Shown piece by piece: positions 28,234 to 39,554 of a DNA stretch of 64,000 nt; within the stretch, counting starts at the first letter, position 1, and every line of letters starts with the position of its first letter. This DNA is from an uncultured Chloroflexia bacterium (lineage in GTDB: Bacteria; Chloroflexota; Limnocylindria; Limnocylindrales; CSP1-4), in the NCBI GenBank assembly GCA_963833225.1, contig CAWHXD010000019.1:288001-352000 (forward strand), given 5' to 3'. Below the pieces are notes generated by a model that had not been told where the DNA came from, ran no database searches, and worked only from the letters and a program-made list of their open reading frames with translations. Position numbers and translations under genes: made by a program.

Positions 28234-28962
28234 CTAGGAAACGGTATCGCCCGGTCGCCAGTCGATCACGTCCGCGGTCCCACCGCGGGCGGTGATCGCG
28301 TCCCGGAGCTGTGCCGGCGTTCCGGCGAGGATCGGGAACGTGCCCCAGTGGATCGGGAGCACGTGGCGCACGCCCAGCAGCTCCGTTGCCAGCGCCGCGC
28401 CTTCCGGGTCCATCGTGAAGTGCCCGCCGATCGGCAGCATCGCGAGATCCGGGCGGAACAGGTCGCGGATGAGCGTCATGTCGCCGAACACGGCGGTGTC
28501 GCCCGCGTGATAGATCCGGAACCCGTTCTCCAGCTCCACGACGAACCCGGCCGGCTCGCCCAGGTACAGCGTCGTTTCCCCGCCGGGGTTCCAGTCGCCC
28601 GCAGAGTGATCCGCGCCGGTCATCGAGACCCGCAGCCCCGCGGCCTCCAGGGTGCCGCCCTTGTTCATCCCGGTGACCTGGTCGGATCCGCCCGGGAGCC
28701 GCCGCGAGAGCCACAGGCTCATCTCGTGGATGCACGGCCAGGCGGGACGCAGCCGGGCGGCGAGGGCGATCGCGTCACCCATGTGATCGCCGTGCCCGTG
28801 GGTGACGAGGAGCAGGTCGCACCGGTCGACGGTGTCGGCCGATCGCGGGCTCATGGGGTTGCCCAGCCATGGATCGAACAGGATGACCTTGCCCCCCGGC
28901 GTCCGGACCTCGACGGCCGCATGGCCCAGCCAGGTGAACGAGGTGTCTCGACCGATCGCCAT
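28234..28962 (-). CDS. Metallo-beta-lactamase-fold metal-dependent hydrolase (UPF0173/YtkL-like)
   Basis: TWLGHAA, DPWL, THGHGDHMGD, YHAGDT, LPIGGHFTM, PIHWGTFP. Confidence 0.9.
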   Translation of the reverse strand: MAIGRDTSFTWLGHAAVEVRTPGGKVILFDPWLGNPMSPRSADTVDRCDLLLVTHGHGDHMGDAIALAARLRPAWPCIHEMSLWLSRRLPGGSDQVTGMNKGGTLEAAGLRVSMTGADHSAGDWNPGGETTLYLGEPAGFVVELENGFRIYHAGDTAVFGDMTLIRDLFRPDLAMLPIGGHFTMDPEGAALATELLGVRHVLPIHWGTFPILAGTPAQLRDAITARGGTADVIDWRPGDTVS

Positions 28963-29069
28963 CGAAGGATCCTCCTGCCGGCCCGCGCGCTCGCTGGAAG
29001 GGCGGGTGCTGTCCGATCAGTATGGCCCCGCACCAGGTTCCACGACGAGGTGCGGATACACTCGCGCTC

Positions 29070-29924
29070 GTGGCCGCCGAGCAGATCGCCCAGAACCTCG
29101 CGCTGATCAACTGGACGGTTGTGGCCGTGCTCGCCGTCGGCTCCTTCGCCGTGGTCGTGTTCGGCCGGCTCCGGACCGAGGCCACGAAGGGGTACCTGGC
29201 GTTCACCGCCCTGTGCGCCGCGGCGTTCGGCGTGCTGGCCTATCTCTCGGACACGGCGCTGCCGGTGCCGCCGGCGGCGCTCATGGGCACGGTCGGTTCG
29301 CCGATCGTGACCGACCCGGCGTTCGAGGTGCCGAGGCGGGCCGCGCTGCTCGCCTTCACCGCGCTCACGATCGTCACGATGGTCGTGATCGCCCGGGGGG
29401 GCCGGGCGGTGTGGCCGGGTCTCGCGGGGCTGGGCGCGGGGCTCGTGGCGCTGGGCCTGGGTGGCCTCTCCTGGGGAGGGTCCGCAGCCGGTGCGCTGCT
29501 GCTGCTCGTCCAGCTCGTGGCCCTCGCCCTGGCGACCGGCGGGGTGTTCGCCGCCATGATCCTCGGACACTGGTACCTGGTGACGCCCAAGCTGCCCGAG
29601 CGACCCCTGGTGCTCGTCTCCCGCCGCCTGATGTGGGTGGTCGCGATCCAGGTGCTCCTGTTCGCGATCTGGGTGGGCGTTGGGGTGGGGCCGGGATCGC
29701 CTGGCCCGCTCGCGGCGCTCGTGGGGCCGTACGCGCTGTTCGTGTGGCTGCGCCTGCTCGTGGGGCTCGTCTTCCCGCTGGTGGTCTCGTGGGCGGCCGT
29801 CCAGACGGCCAGGTCGCGGTCCATGGAGAGCGCCACCGGGCTTCTCTACATCAACGTCGGTACGATCGCGGCCGGCACCATCCTCGCGGCCGGGCTCTAC
29901 TTCGGCGCCGGGCTGCTGGTCTAG
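29070..29924 (+). CDS. Hypothetical polytopic membrane protein
   Basis: About 8 TM helices, AMILGHWYLV and SATGLLY motifs; start uncertain. Confidence 0.7.
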   Translation: MAAEQIAQNLALINWTVVAVLAVGSFAVVVFGRLRTEATKGYLAFTALCAAAFGVLAYLSDTALPVPPAALMGTVGSPIVTDPAFEVPRRAALLAFTALTIVTMVVIARGGRAVWPGLAGLGAGLVALGLGGLSWGGSAAGALLLLVQLVALALATGGVFAAMILGHWYLVTPKLPERPLVLVSRRLMWVVAIQVLLFAIWVGVGVGPGSPGPLAALVGPYALFVWLRLLVGLVFPLVVSWAAVQTARSRSMESATGLLYINVGTIAAGTILAAGLYFGAGLLV

Positions 29925-29944
29925 CGAGGTACCACGGAGGTCTC

Positions 29945-30739
29945 ATGAGCGTCCTTCCCCCGCTCCGGATCCGCGTCCGCCTGTTCGCCATGCAGCGTGA
30001 GAAAGCTGGGACCAAGGAGCTTCGCCTCGAGCTGCCGCTGGGCTCGACCGTGGACGATGCGTGGGCTGCGGTTGTCGAGGTCGTCCCGGTCTTGGCCCCG
30101 GGCCGCTCATCGCTGCGGTTCGCGGTCAACGGCGACTACTCCGACCCGTCGCGGCCGCTGGCCGATGGCGACGAGATCGCGTGCATCCCCCCGGTCAGCG
30201 GCGGATCCGATGCGGCCGACGACGACGCGGCCGACGACGATGCCGATCGCGTGCTCGAGATCCGCGCGGCACCGTTTCCCGCGACCCTGGTTGCCGAGCT
30301 GTCGGACCGGCTGGCCACGGTCGAGGACGGTGGCGTCGTCGCGTTCATCGGCCGAACTCGGATCACGCCAGGCACACCGGCCCCCGGGCAGGAGGCCGAT
30401 GCCGCGACGCACGCCGGTCGTGAGGTCCGGGGTTTGGCGTACGAGGCCTTTGAGCCGATGGCCCTCCACGTGCTGGGCGAGATCGCCGACGAGATCGAGC
30501 AGCGGTTTGGCGTCCGGCGGATCGCGATCATCCACCGGACTGGCGAGGTCCCCCTGGGTGAGACGTCCGTCCTGGTCGTGGCGGCGGCACCCCACCGGGA
30601 CGCCGCCTTCGCCGCCGCCCGGTACGCGATCGACGAGACCAAGGCACGGGCACCGATCTGGAAGGCCGAACGGTTCTCCGACGGGCACGTCTGGATCGGT
30701 GAGGTGGCTCGGACGGGGCCCGCGGACGCAACCCGGTAG
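29945..30739 (+). CDS. Molybdopterin synthase MoaD-MoaE fusion (MoaX-like)
   Basis: VRLFA..FAVNGDY..DGDEIACIPPVSGG (MoaD), acidic linker, then AFIGRTR, YEAFEPMA, IHRTGEV..G, HRDAAFAAARYAIDETKARAPIWKAE (MoaE); GGAGG RBS. Confidence 0.9.
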   Translation: MSVLPPLRIRVRLFAMQREKAGTKELRLELPLGSTVDDAWAAVVEVVPVLAPGRSSLRFAVNGDYSDPSRPLADGDEIACIPPVSGGSDAADDDAADDDADRVLEIRAAPFPATLVAELSDRLATVEDGGVVAFIGRTRITPGTPAPGQEADAATHAGREVRGLAYEAFEPMALHVLGEIADEIEQRFGVRRIAIIHRTGEVPLGETSVLVVAAAPHRDAAFAAARYAIDETKARAPIWKAERFSDGHVWIGEVARTGPADATR

Positions 30740-30809
30740 CCCGACTGGCGACCAACCCGTAACCCAAGGTCGGGATCACGACCGGGCCGCAGGGCGCCAT
30801 ACTTCGGGC

Positions 30810-32405
30810 ATGCATCAGTTCGGGGACGGCACGACGATCGAGGAGCTGCGCGCGAGGGCGGCCGGGATCGCGTCGGCCTGGGGTGCTGCCGCAGCCACCT
30901 TCACCACCGTCGGCCAGGAACGAGCGATCCTGCGCCTGTTCGGCGTCACCGGCCTCGACCAGGAGGGCCGGCCGCTTGCTGCCGAGGTCGTCGACCGATA
31001 CGTGACCCCGGACCCTCGGCGGCTCGGTGGCGGAATCGCCCTGCCGTTCGCGATGGCCATGGCGGAGTACGACCTCCGCCCGCAGGAGCTGGCGCAGGAG
31101 GTGGCGGCCGGGAACGTGGACCTCGGGCTCGAGGCGGAGCTGCTCGCCGAGCCGGACCGGCGCGCCATCGCGGTCGCCAATGCGGAGGCGCTCGCGCGTG
31201 GCGCCCTGGAGAGGATCGACGCGAACCGGACGGCCCGCCACGAGCTCCTCGCGGTGCTGGGGGACCCGCGGCGGCCATGGATCGGCATGTCGCTCGCCTC
31301 ACCGGCCATCGTGGATGCCCTCGAGGAGGCTGCCCGCACGATCGGGGCCGGGGCCGAGCTGGTCCGGGTCGAGGTGCCGCCCAGCCGTGAGCTGGCGGAG
31401 CTGACGACACGGGCCGGGCATGCCGTGGAGGGGTGGCATGCCGACGCCTCGTCCCGGGGCGGTCTCGAGGCCCACGACCCGGCCGGCGCCCCCGTCCCGG
31501 CCGGTGCCCAGCGCGCGCTCTCGGTCCTGCGACGGTTCGTGGATGAGGCGGGCGCGCGCCGTCGGGGCTACGTGCGGCTGATCACCGATGCCCAGCCGCT
31601 GGCCGCGCCGGAGCAGGCGGTCGTCGCGGCCTTCGAGCGCGTCGACATCGTCGTCGCGGACCCGATGCGCGAGATCGTGACCGGTCGGGTGGACCCGGAC
31701 CGGGCCCTCGCCGATCACGTGTTCGCGCACCGGCTGCTGTGCCGGGCCGGGACGCGGGTCATCGTGCCATCCGGGCCGCTCCTCGTGGGGCCGGACCTGG
31801 CCCGTGGCCTGCCCTCCGATCCCGCGACCCGCGCAGGGCGCGCGCTGGCGATGCAGCTGCTGGCCGTCGAGCTGGCGATGCGGGACGGGATGCCCGCCGG
31901 AAGCGTGTCGCTGGGTGCGCTCCCGGGCTGGCTGGTGGAGGAGCCGGACGCTCCCGCTCGTGCCGCCGCCGAGGTCGCGGTCCGGAGGGCGCTCTTCCCC
32001 GAGCATCCGCTGGCGTTCATGGAGCCGACCCTCTCGCCAGAGGCGGCCGGGACATGGCACGCGCTCGCGGCCGCGCTGCTCCCGGATGCGGGCGAGGTGG
32101 ACGTGGTGCTGCGCCAGGCCGGTGACGCCTCTGACATCGTGGCCCGGACCCGGTCGGCGGCAATGGTCGCGGCGGGCCTGCGCGAGGGCCGGTCGACATC
32201 GGGTCTCACCGGGGCAGCGGCCGTCCATGCCGCCCGGTGCCTCGCGGTGGCCTCGGAGACCCTGGCGGCGCTCGAGGAATTGGGTTGGGGCGCCGTCGTG
32301 GACCAGCCGCTTGCCGTGGGCTCCGTGGGGCTCGGGGCGGAGGCGGTCGCGGAACGGACCGGGTCGTTCGACGCGCTGGCGGTCGAGGTGTCGGCTGGCG
32401 GCTGA
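30810..32405 (+). CDS. Divergent D-lysine 5,6-aminomutase alpha-subunit-like TIM-barrel protein
   Basis: N-terminal TTVGQERAILRLFGVTGLD..GRPLAAEVVD..LGGGIA..QELAQEVAAG resembles the KamD N-terminus; later RGYVRL..LAAPE.AVVAA.ERVD..DP...IV..VDP.RAL.DH. Confidence 0.6.
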   Translation: MHQFGDGTTIEELRARAAGIASAWGAAAATFTTVGQERAILRLFGVTGLDQEGRPLAAEVVDRYVTPDPRRLGGGIALPFAMAMAEYDLRPQELAQEVAAGNVDLGLEAELLAEPDRRAIAVANAEALARGALERIDANRTARHELLAVLGDPRRPWIGMSLASPAIVDALEEAARTIGAGAELVRVEVPPSRELAELTTRAGHAVEGWHADASSRGGLEAHDPAGAPVPAGAQRALSVLRRFVDEAGARRRGYVRLITDAQPLAAPEQAVVAAFERVDIVVADPMREIVTGRVDPDRALADHVFAHRLLCRAGTRVIVPSGPLLVGPDLARGLPSDPATRAGRALAMQLLAVELAMRDGMPAGSVSLGALPGWLVEEPDAPARAAAEVAVRRALFPEHPLAFMEPTLSPEAAGTWHALAAALLPDAGEVDVVLRQAGDASDIVARTRSAAMVAAGLREGRSTSGLTGAAAVHAARCLAVASETLAALEELGWGAVVDQPLAVGSVGLGAEAVAERTGSFDALAVEVSAGG

Positions 32406-32428
32406 CCGGTCGCCACGGGCTCCCCGGC

Positions 32429-32866
32429 CTAGAGGCGCGTCAGGCCGTCGGCCTCGTTATCGGCGACCAGGCGCTCGCAGGTGGGGCAGTGCCAGGCCGC
32501 CTGGAGCGGTGTTCCGCACAGCTCGTGCCGCAGCGGCTCACCGACGCCACCCCGGCGGGAGCCCCAGTCGGCCAACAGCTGGAGAGCCCCCGCGAGCTCC
32601 CGACCATCGACGGTGAGCGCGTACTCCATCCGCAGCGGGCGGCGGCTGTAGGGCGTCGCGACCACGATCCCGGCACGTTCCAGGCGCCGGAGCCGGTCCG
32701 AGAGGATGTTGGGCGCGATCCCGTGCACGGCGCCACCCAGCTCGTTGAACCGTCGCGAGGCCGGCAGCAGCGCGTCGACCAGCAGCAGGCTCCATCGGTC
32801 GCCGACGCGGTCGAGCGCTGCGCCGAGGGCGCCGGTGGGCGGGACGGGATCGGTGGGGGTGGTCAT
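32429..32866 (-). CDS. HxlR-family winged-helix transcriptional regulator
   Basis: ALDRVGDRWSLL..RRFNEL..GIAPNILSDRLRRL..EYALT..GREL..WG; C-terminal H..CG..C..C. Confidence 0.9.
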   Translation of the reverse strand: MTTPTDPVPPTGALGAALDRVGDRWSLLLVDALLPASRRFNELGGAVHGIAPNILSDRLRRLERAGIVVATPYSRRPLRMEYALTVDGRELAGALQLLADWGSRRGGVGEPLRHELCGTPLQAAWHCPTCERLVADNEADGLTRL

Positions 32867-32914
32867 CGTCGGCCCCATGGTAGGCGAGCGGTTGCGTCTC
32901 GTCCGGCAGGGTAG

Positions 32915-32950
32915 TAGATTGCAACTCACAAGTTACTAGACACTTGCAAC
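32915..32950. promoter_or_regulatory. Divergent promoter with possible HxlR operator
   Basis: AT-rich patch with TTGCAAC repeated twice and the imperfect inverted repeat GCAACT-N4-AGTTAC. Confidence 0.4.
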
Positions 32951-32972
32951 AGGTCACGAGAGGCGCGAACCC

Positions 32973-35770
<2,798 letters not shown>

Positions 35771-35789
35771 GACGGAGTGCAGCCCCGCG

Positions 35790-37241
35790 CTACACCCCCG
35801 GGAGGGCCTCGCCGAGCCCGAACGGCGCCCCGGCCTCGCGCACGCACGCACGGAGCGCGTCCGCCGTGTCCGGTGCCGGGCTCGCGACCACGTGCGAGGC
35901 GAGGATCTCCTCGACCCGCTCCCTCGCCCGCCCGAAGGCGTCCAGCCCGCCGGCGTCCTGCCACGCCCGCCGCGAGCTGCGATCGATCACCTTCGAGGGC
36001 AGGAACTGCTCGGACTTGAACAGCCGGCGCGTGTCCTGCAGCTCCAGGAACCGGCCCTCCGGACCGGCCTGCTCGAAGAACCCGGTGGCGAGCGTCTCGG
36101 TGGGGGTCGCCACCCCGCGCAGCAGGCGCTGGACCATGCCGATCATCTCGGCGTCGAGGACCAGCTTCTCCGCGCTCTGGACGAGCAGGAAGTCGAGCAT
36201 GCCCGGCGCCGGAGATCATGTCGATCCCGGCGAGACCGCCGATCAGCGCGGTCATGCCGCTCTCGTAGCCGGCCTGGGCATCGACGACCTTGGAGTCGGT
36301 CGCGCCGAGGTACGCGTGGACGGGCAGCCCAAGGGACTTGCCGACCGCCGCATACCCGGCGTCGATCATCGCGGTCTCGATGGCGCCCATCGGGGTGGCG
36401 CCGGAGCGCATGTCGATGATCGACGGGGCGCCGCCCCAGACGATCGGCGACCGGCCTCGGCCAGCTGGTGGAGGACGATCCCCGCCAGGGTCTCGGCGGC
36501 GTGCTGGACGATCGCGCCGATCAGGGTGACCGGTGCGGCGACGCCGGCCAGGGGCATCGAGATGAGCTCGGCCGGGACGTGCGCCCGGGCGAGGTCCATC
36601 ACGTTCCGGCAGGCGAACTCGGACCAGGTGAGGGGCGGCGACGGACAGACGTCGAACACGGCCCGCGGCTTCTCGGCGAGGGCGGCACGCCCGCCGGCGT
36701 CGATGGCGAGCAGGTCGATCATGATCGCGGAGCCGCGCGGCGTGAACGCCCCGGTCACCACGGGCTTGGAGCTGTGGACCAGGCACAGGAACAGCCGGTA
36801 CAGGTCGCCGATCTCGGTGGGGACGTCGTGGGCCACGATGGCCGTGGACACGGCGTTGTACGCGGGCAGCGCATCCGCCACGCGCAGCAGGCGCGCCAGG
36901 TCGGCAGCCTGGGAACGGTGCACCTCGAGCGTCTCCGGGTCGAGCATCGCCACCCCGGACGAGCCGGGATCGAAGTTGACGACGCCCTGCCCGTAGCGGG
37001 CCGCCGGGTCGCCGGCCCGGTCGAACAGGCTGAACTCGTGCGGGACGGTGTCCAGTGCGCGCCGGACCATGGCTTCCGGGATGCTCACCCGGTCGCCGTC
37101 GGCCGTGGCACCGCTGGCGACGAGCAGGGCGATCGCCTCGGGCTCCTCGACCTTGGTGCCGGGGCTGGCCAGCAGCGCCAGGGCTTCGTCGACCACGCGG
37201 TCGATCAGGGCGGGATCGAGGAGCTCGAACCGGGGTCGCAT
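35790..37241 (-). CDS. Trimethylamine methyltransferase (MttB) superfamily protein, non-pyrrolysine; frameshifts near 36452 and 36203
   Basis: MRPRFELL.., SPPL, APVTLIGAIVQHAAETLAG, DMRSG, DSKVVDAQAGYES, GAGML, SAEKLVLDAE; three ORF pieces join with single-base indels. Confidence 0.85.
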
Positions 37242-37251
37242 CGCCGCGCCC

Positions 37252-38718
37252 TCAGCCAACGCCGGCCGGGCTGGTCCCGGCGGCGGCACGGTGGGCCGCG
37301 ATCAGCCGCCCCAGCTCGGCATCCTGGGCCGGATCGAGCGGCTCGGGGGTGTGCTCGCGAAGCAGCGTCCGGGCCCGCTCGAGGGCCTCGCGGTGGTACT
37401 TGTCCGGGTCTGCCTCCCAGGCGCCGTAGTGCCGCCGGTCGAGATAGCGCGCCTTCCACAGGCCGCGCATCGCCGTCCGGGTGTGCGGCGAGGTCAGGAA
37501 GTCACCGCCCGGCCCCACGTCGGCGATCGCATCCAGGGCGAGCGTCTCGTCGTCGACCGCGATCCCCTCGCACACCTTGGCCACGATCGAGGCGATCTCG
37601 GTGTCGAGGATCATCTGCTCGTAGGACCAGATCCGGGACCCGTGCAGGAGCCCGGCGCCCAGCAGCATGTCCGAGACCACGACCGTGGCCATGAACGCCG
37701 ACAGCCCGTTCTCGAGGCCGGCCTGCCAGTCGGACCGCTTGGCGCCCGTGGCATAGGCGCCCATCGAGAGCGGCACGTGGTAGAAGTCGGCGAGCTGGTT
37801 GGTCGCCGCGCCGAACAGGAAGTCCTCCGGGCCGCCGCCCGTGTAGGCGCCCGACCGCAGGTCCATCGCGGTCTGCGCCGCGGCGTAGTAGACGGGGGCG
37901 CCCGGGTGCGCCAGCTGCATCAGGGCCATGGCCGTGACGACCTCGGCGTTGCCGGTGACGAGCGAGCCCGCCACGGTGGCCGGTCCCGAGAACGCGCACG
38001 AGGCCATCGTCATGAACCCGACGGGCACGCCGTGGCTGGCCGCAACGAGCGAGGCATCGATGGCGCCGCCATCGTGCGCGAGCGGGCTGATCGTGCACTG
38101 CATGAGCGAGAGGACCGGGCGGGCCCGCAGCGACTCGCGCGAGCCATTGAGGACCTGGGCCATCGCGATCGCCGTCTCCGCCTCCTCGGGCGTGACGATC
38201 GACTCGGTCTGGACGTGCTTGGTCGAGTTGCGCCAGACGGCGGCGACCTCCTCCAGCGAGCGCGTGGATGGCTCCACGTCCTGCGCCGACACCGCGACCC
38301 AGTGGAACGCGATCTCGGGCAGCGCGTCGGCGACGCGGGCGATGTCCCCGACGTCGGCGAGGGCAGACCGGCGTACCTCGAGGGTCCACGGGTCGAGGAC
38401 CTCGATCCCACAGCCGTCCGTGGCGAGGTACACATGCTCGCCGTCGAGCGGCAGGTCCTGGTCCGGGTTGCGGGCGCCGAGGGTGTAGGCGCTCGGGGCG
38501 TGCTTGAGAGCATCCTCGATCAGTGATCGGGGCGCCTTGACGATGCCTGTCTCCCGATCCACCTTCGCGCCGTGCTCCGCCCAGATCGCCTGGGCTCGGA
38601 CCGAGGGAAACCGGACGCCGACGCGCTCGATGATGTCGAGGGTGGCCTCGTGGATACGGCCGACGGCGGCCTGCGAGAGGACCTCCAGCCGCGGGCGGCT
38701 GTCAGGAATGATGCTCAT
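37252..38718 (-). CDS. MttB superfamily methyltransferase, non-pyrrolysine
   Basis: IHEATLDIIERVGVRF, ISPL, GPATVAGSLVTGNAEV, MDLRSG..GGPE, AKRSDWQAGLEN, DDETLALDAI..VGPGGDFL..HT. Confidence 0.92.
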   Translation of the reverse strand: MSIIPDSRPRLEVLSQAAVGRIHEATLDIIERVGVRFPSVRAQAIWAEHGAKVDRETGIVKAPRSLIEDALKHAPSAYTLGARNPDQDLPLDGEHVYLATDGCGIEVLDPWTLEVRRSALADVGDIARVADALPEIAFHWVAVSAQDVEPSTRSLEEVAAVWRNSTKHVQTESIVTPEEAETAIAMAQVLNGSRESLRARPVLSLMQCTISPLAHDGGAIDASLVAASHGVPVGFMTMASCAFSGPATVAGSLVTGNAEVVTAMALMQLAHPGAPVYYAAAQTAMDLRSGAYTGGGPEDFLFGAATNQLADFYHVPLSMGAYATGAKRSDWQAGLENGLSAFMATVVVSDMLLGAGLLHGSRIWSYEQMILDTEIASIVAKVCEGIAVDDETLALDAIADVGPGGDFLTSPHTRTAMRGLWKARYLDRRHYGAWEADPDKYHREALERARTLLREHTPEPLDPAQDAELGRLIAAHRAAAGTSPAGVG

Positions 38719-38833
38719 GTGTGCCTCCAGCCGGGCGCCCCGTGTCCCGGCCACGCGTAACGACTCCGGCTCAGGATCGGGAGCCGGCACCGATGCGGAT
38801 CAGGGGCGGTGGGGGACGCGCGCCGCGCAGCGA

Positions 38834-39499
38834 TCAGGAGGCGGTGGCCGCCTCCGCGCCGAGGAGCTTGCGGGCCAGCGCGACGGCGCCGATGGCGTCT
38901 TCGCTGTACCCGTCGGCGCCGATCTCCGTGGCCCAGCTCTCGCTGGCCGGGGCGCCGCCGACGATCACCTTGACCTTGTCGCGAATACCCGCGTCGGTCA
39001 TCGCCTGGACGACGGTCCGCTGTCCGGCCATGGTCGTGGTCAGCAGCGCCGACACGCCGATCAGGTCCGCGTTGTGCTCCTTCGCCGCCTCGACGAACTG
39101 GTCCGGTGCGACGTCCACGCCAAGGTCATGGACCTCGAACCCGCTGGTGGACAGCATCATCCCGACGAGGTTCTTGCCGATCTCGTGGATGTCACCCTTG
39201 ACCGTGCCGATGACCACGCGGCCGACGACGTGGCGGACGGCCGCCTGCGCCTGGAGCTCCGGCTCCAGGATGTCCATCGCCTTCTGCATCGCCCGGGCCG
39301 CGAGCATCATGTCCGGCAGGAACAGCTCGCCGAGGCCAAATTGCTCGCCCACCCATGACAGGCCGGGGACCAGCCCGTTGTCGATGGCCGCGAGCGGGGC
39401 GACCCGCTGGTCGAGGACCTGCTGGGCCAGGGCGGCCGATGCTGTCGCGTCGCCGTCGATCACGGCCTGACGAAGCGCCGCGTAGAGCTCGTCGCTCAT
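38834..39499 (-). CDS. Corrinoid (cobalamin-binding) protein, MttC/MtgC-like
   Basis: Cap domain VGEQFG.GELFLPDMM; GTVKGDIHEIGKNLV (DxHxxG), SALLTTTM, VGGAP. Confidence 0.95.
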   Translation of the reverse strand: MSDELYAALRQAVIDGDATASAALAQQVLDQRVAPLAAIDNGLVPGLSWVGEQFGLGELFLPDMMLAARAMQKAMDILEPELQAQAAVRHVVGRVVIGTVKGDIHEIGKNLVGMMLSTSGFEVHDLGVDVAPDQFVEAAKEHNADLIGVSALLTTTMAGQRTVVQAMTDAGIRDKVKVIVGGAPASESWATEIGADGYSEDAIGAVALARKLLGAEAATAS

Positions 39500-39554
39500 G
39501 GTTGCTCCTTGTGCTCGGTTGCCTGCGTGACGTTGCCGCGAACAGACGACGGCT

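Noticed and set aside
30740-30810. ZTP riboswitch (GACTGGCG) upstream of the KamD-like gene
   Set aside because: It lacks the downstream GTGGG..CCAC and CGCCTGGG elements and is too short.
28802-32405. Long N-terminal extensions in the ORF track (28802-30739, 29997-32405, and likewise 5081-7795, 53486-55186)
   Set aside because: The extensions overlap upstream genes in another frame; RBS-supported or coupled starts lie downstream.
36195-36460. Programmed frameshifting or phase variation in the third MttB
   Set aside because: There is no slippery heptamer or long homopolymer, and the pattern matches the sporadic indels across the window.
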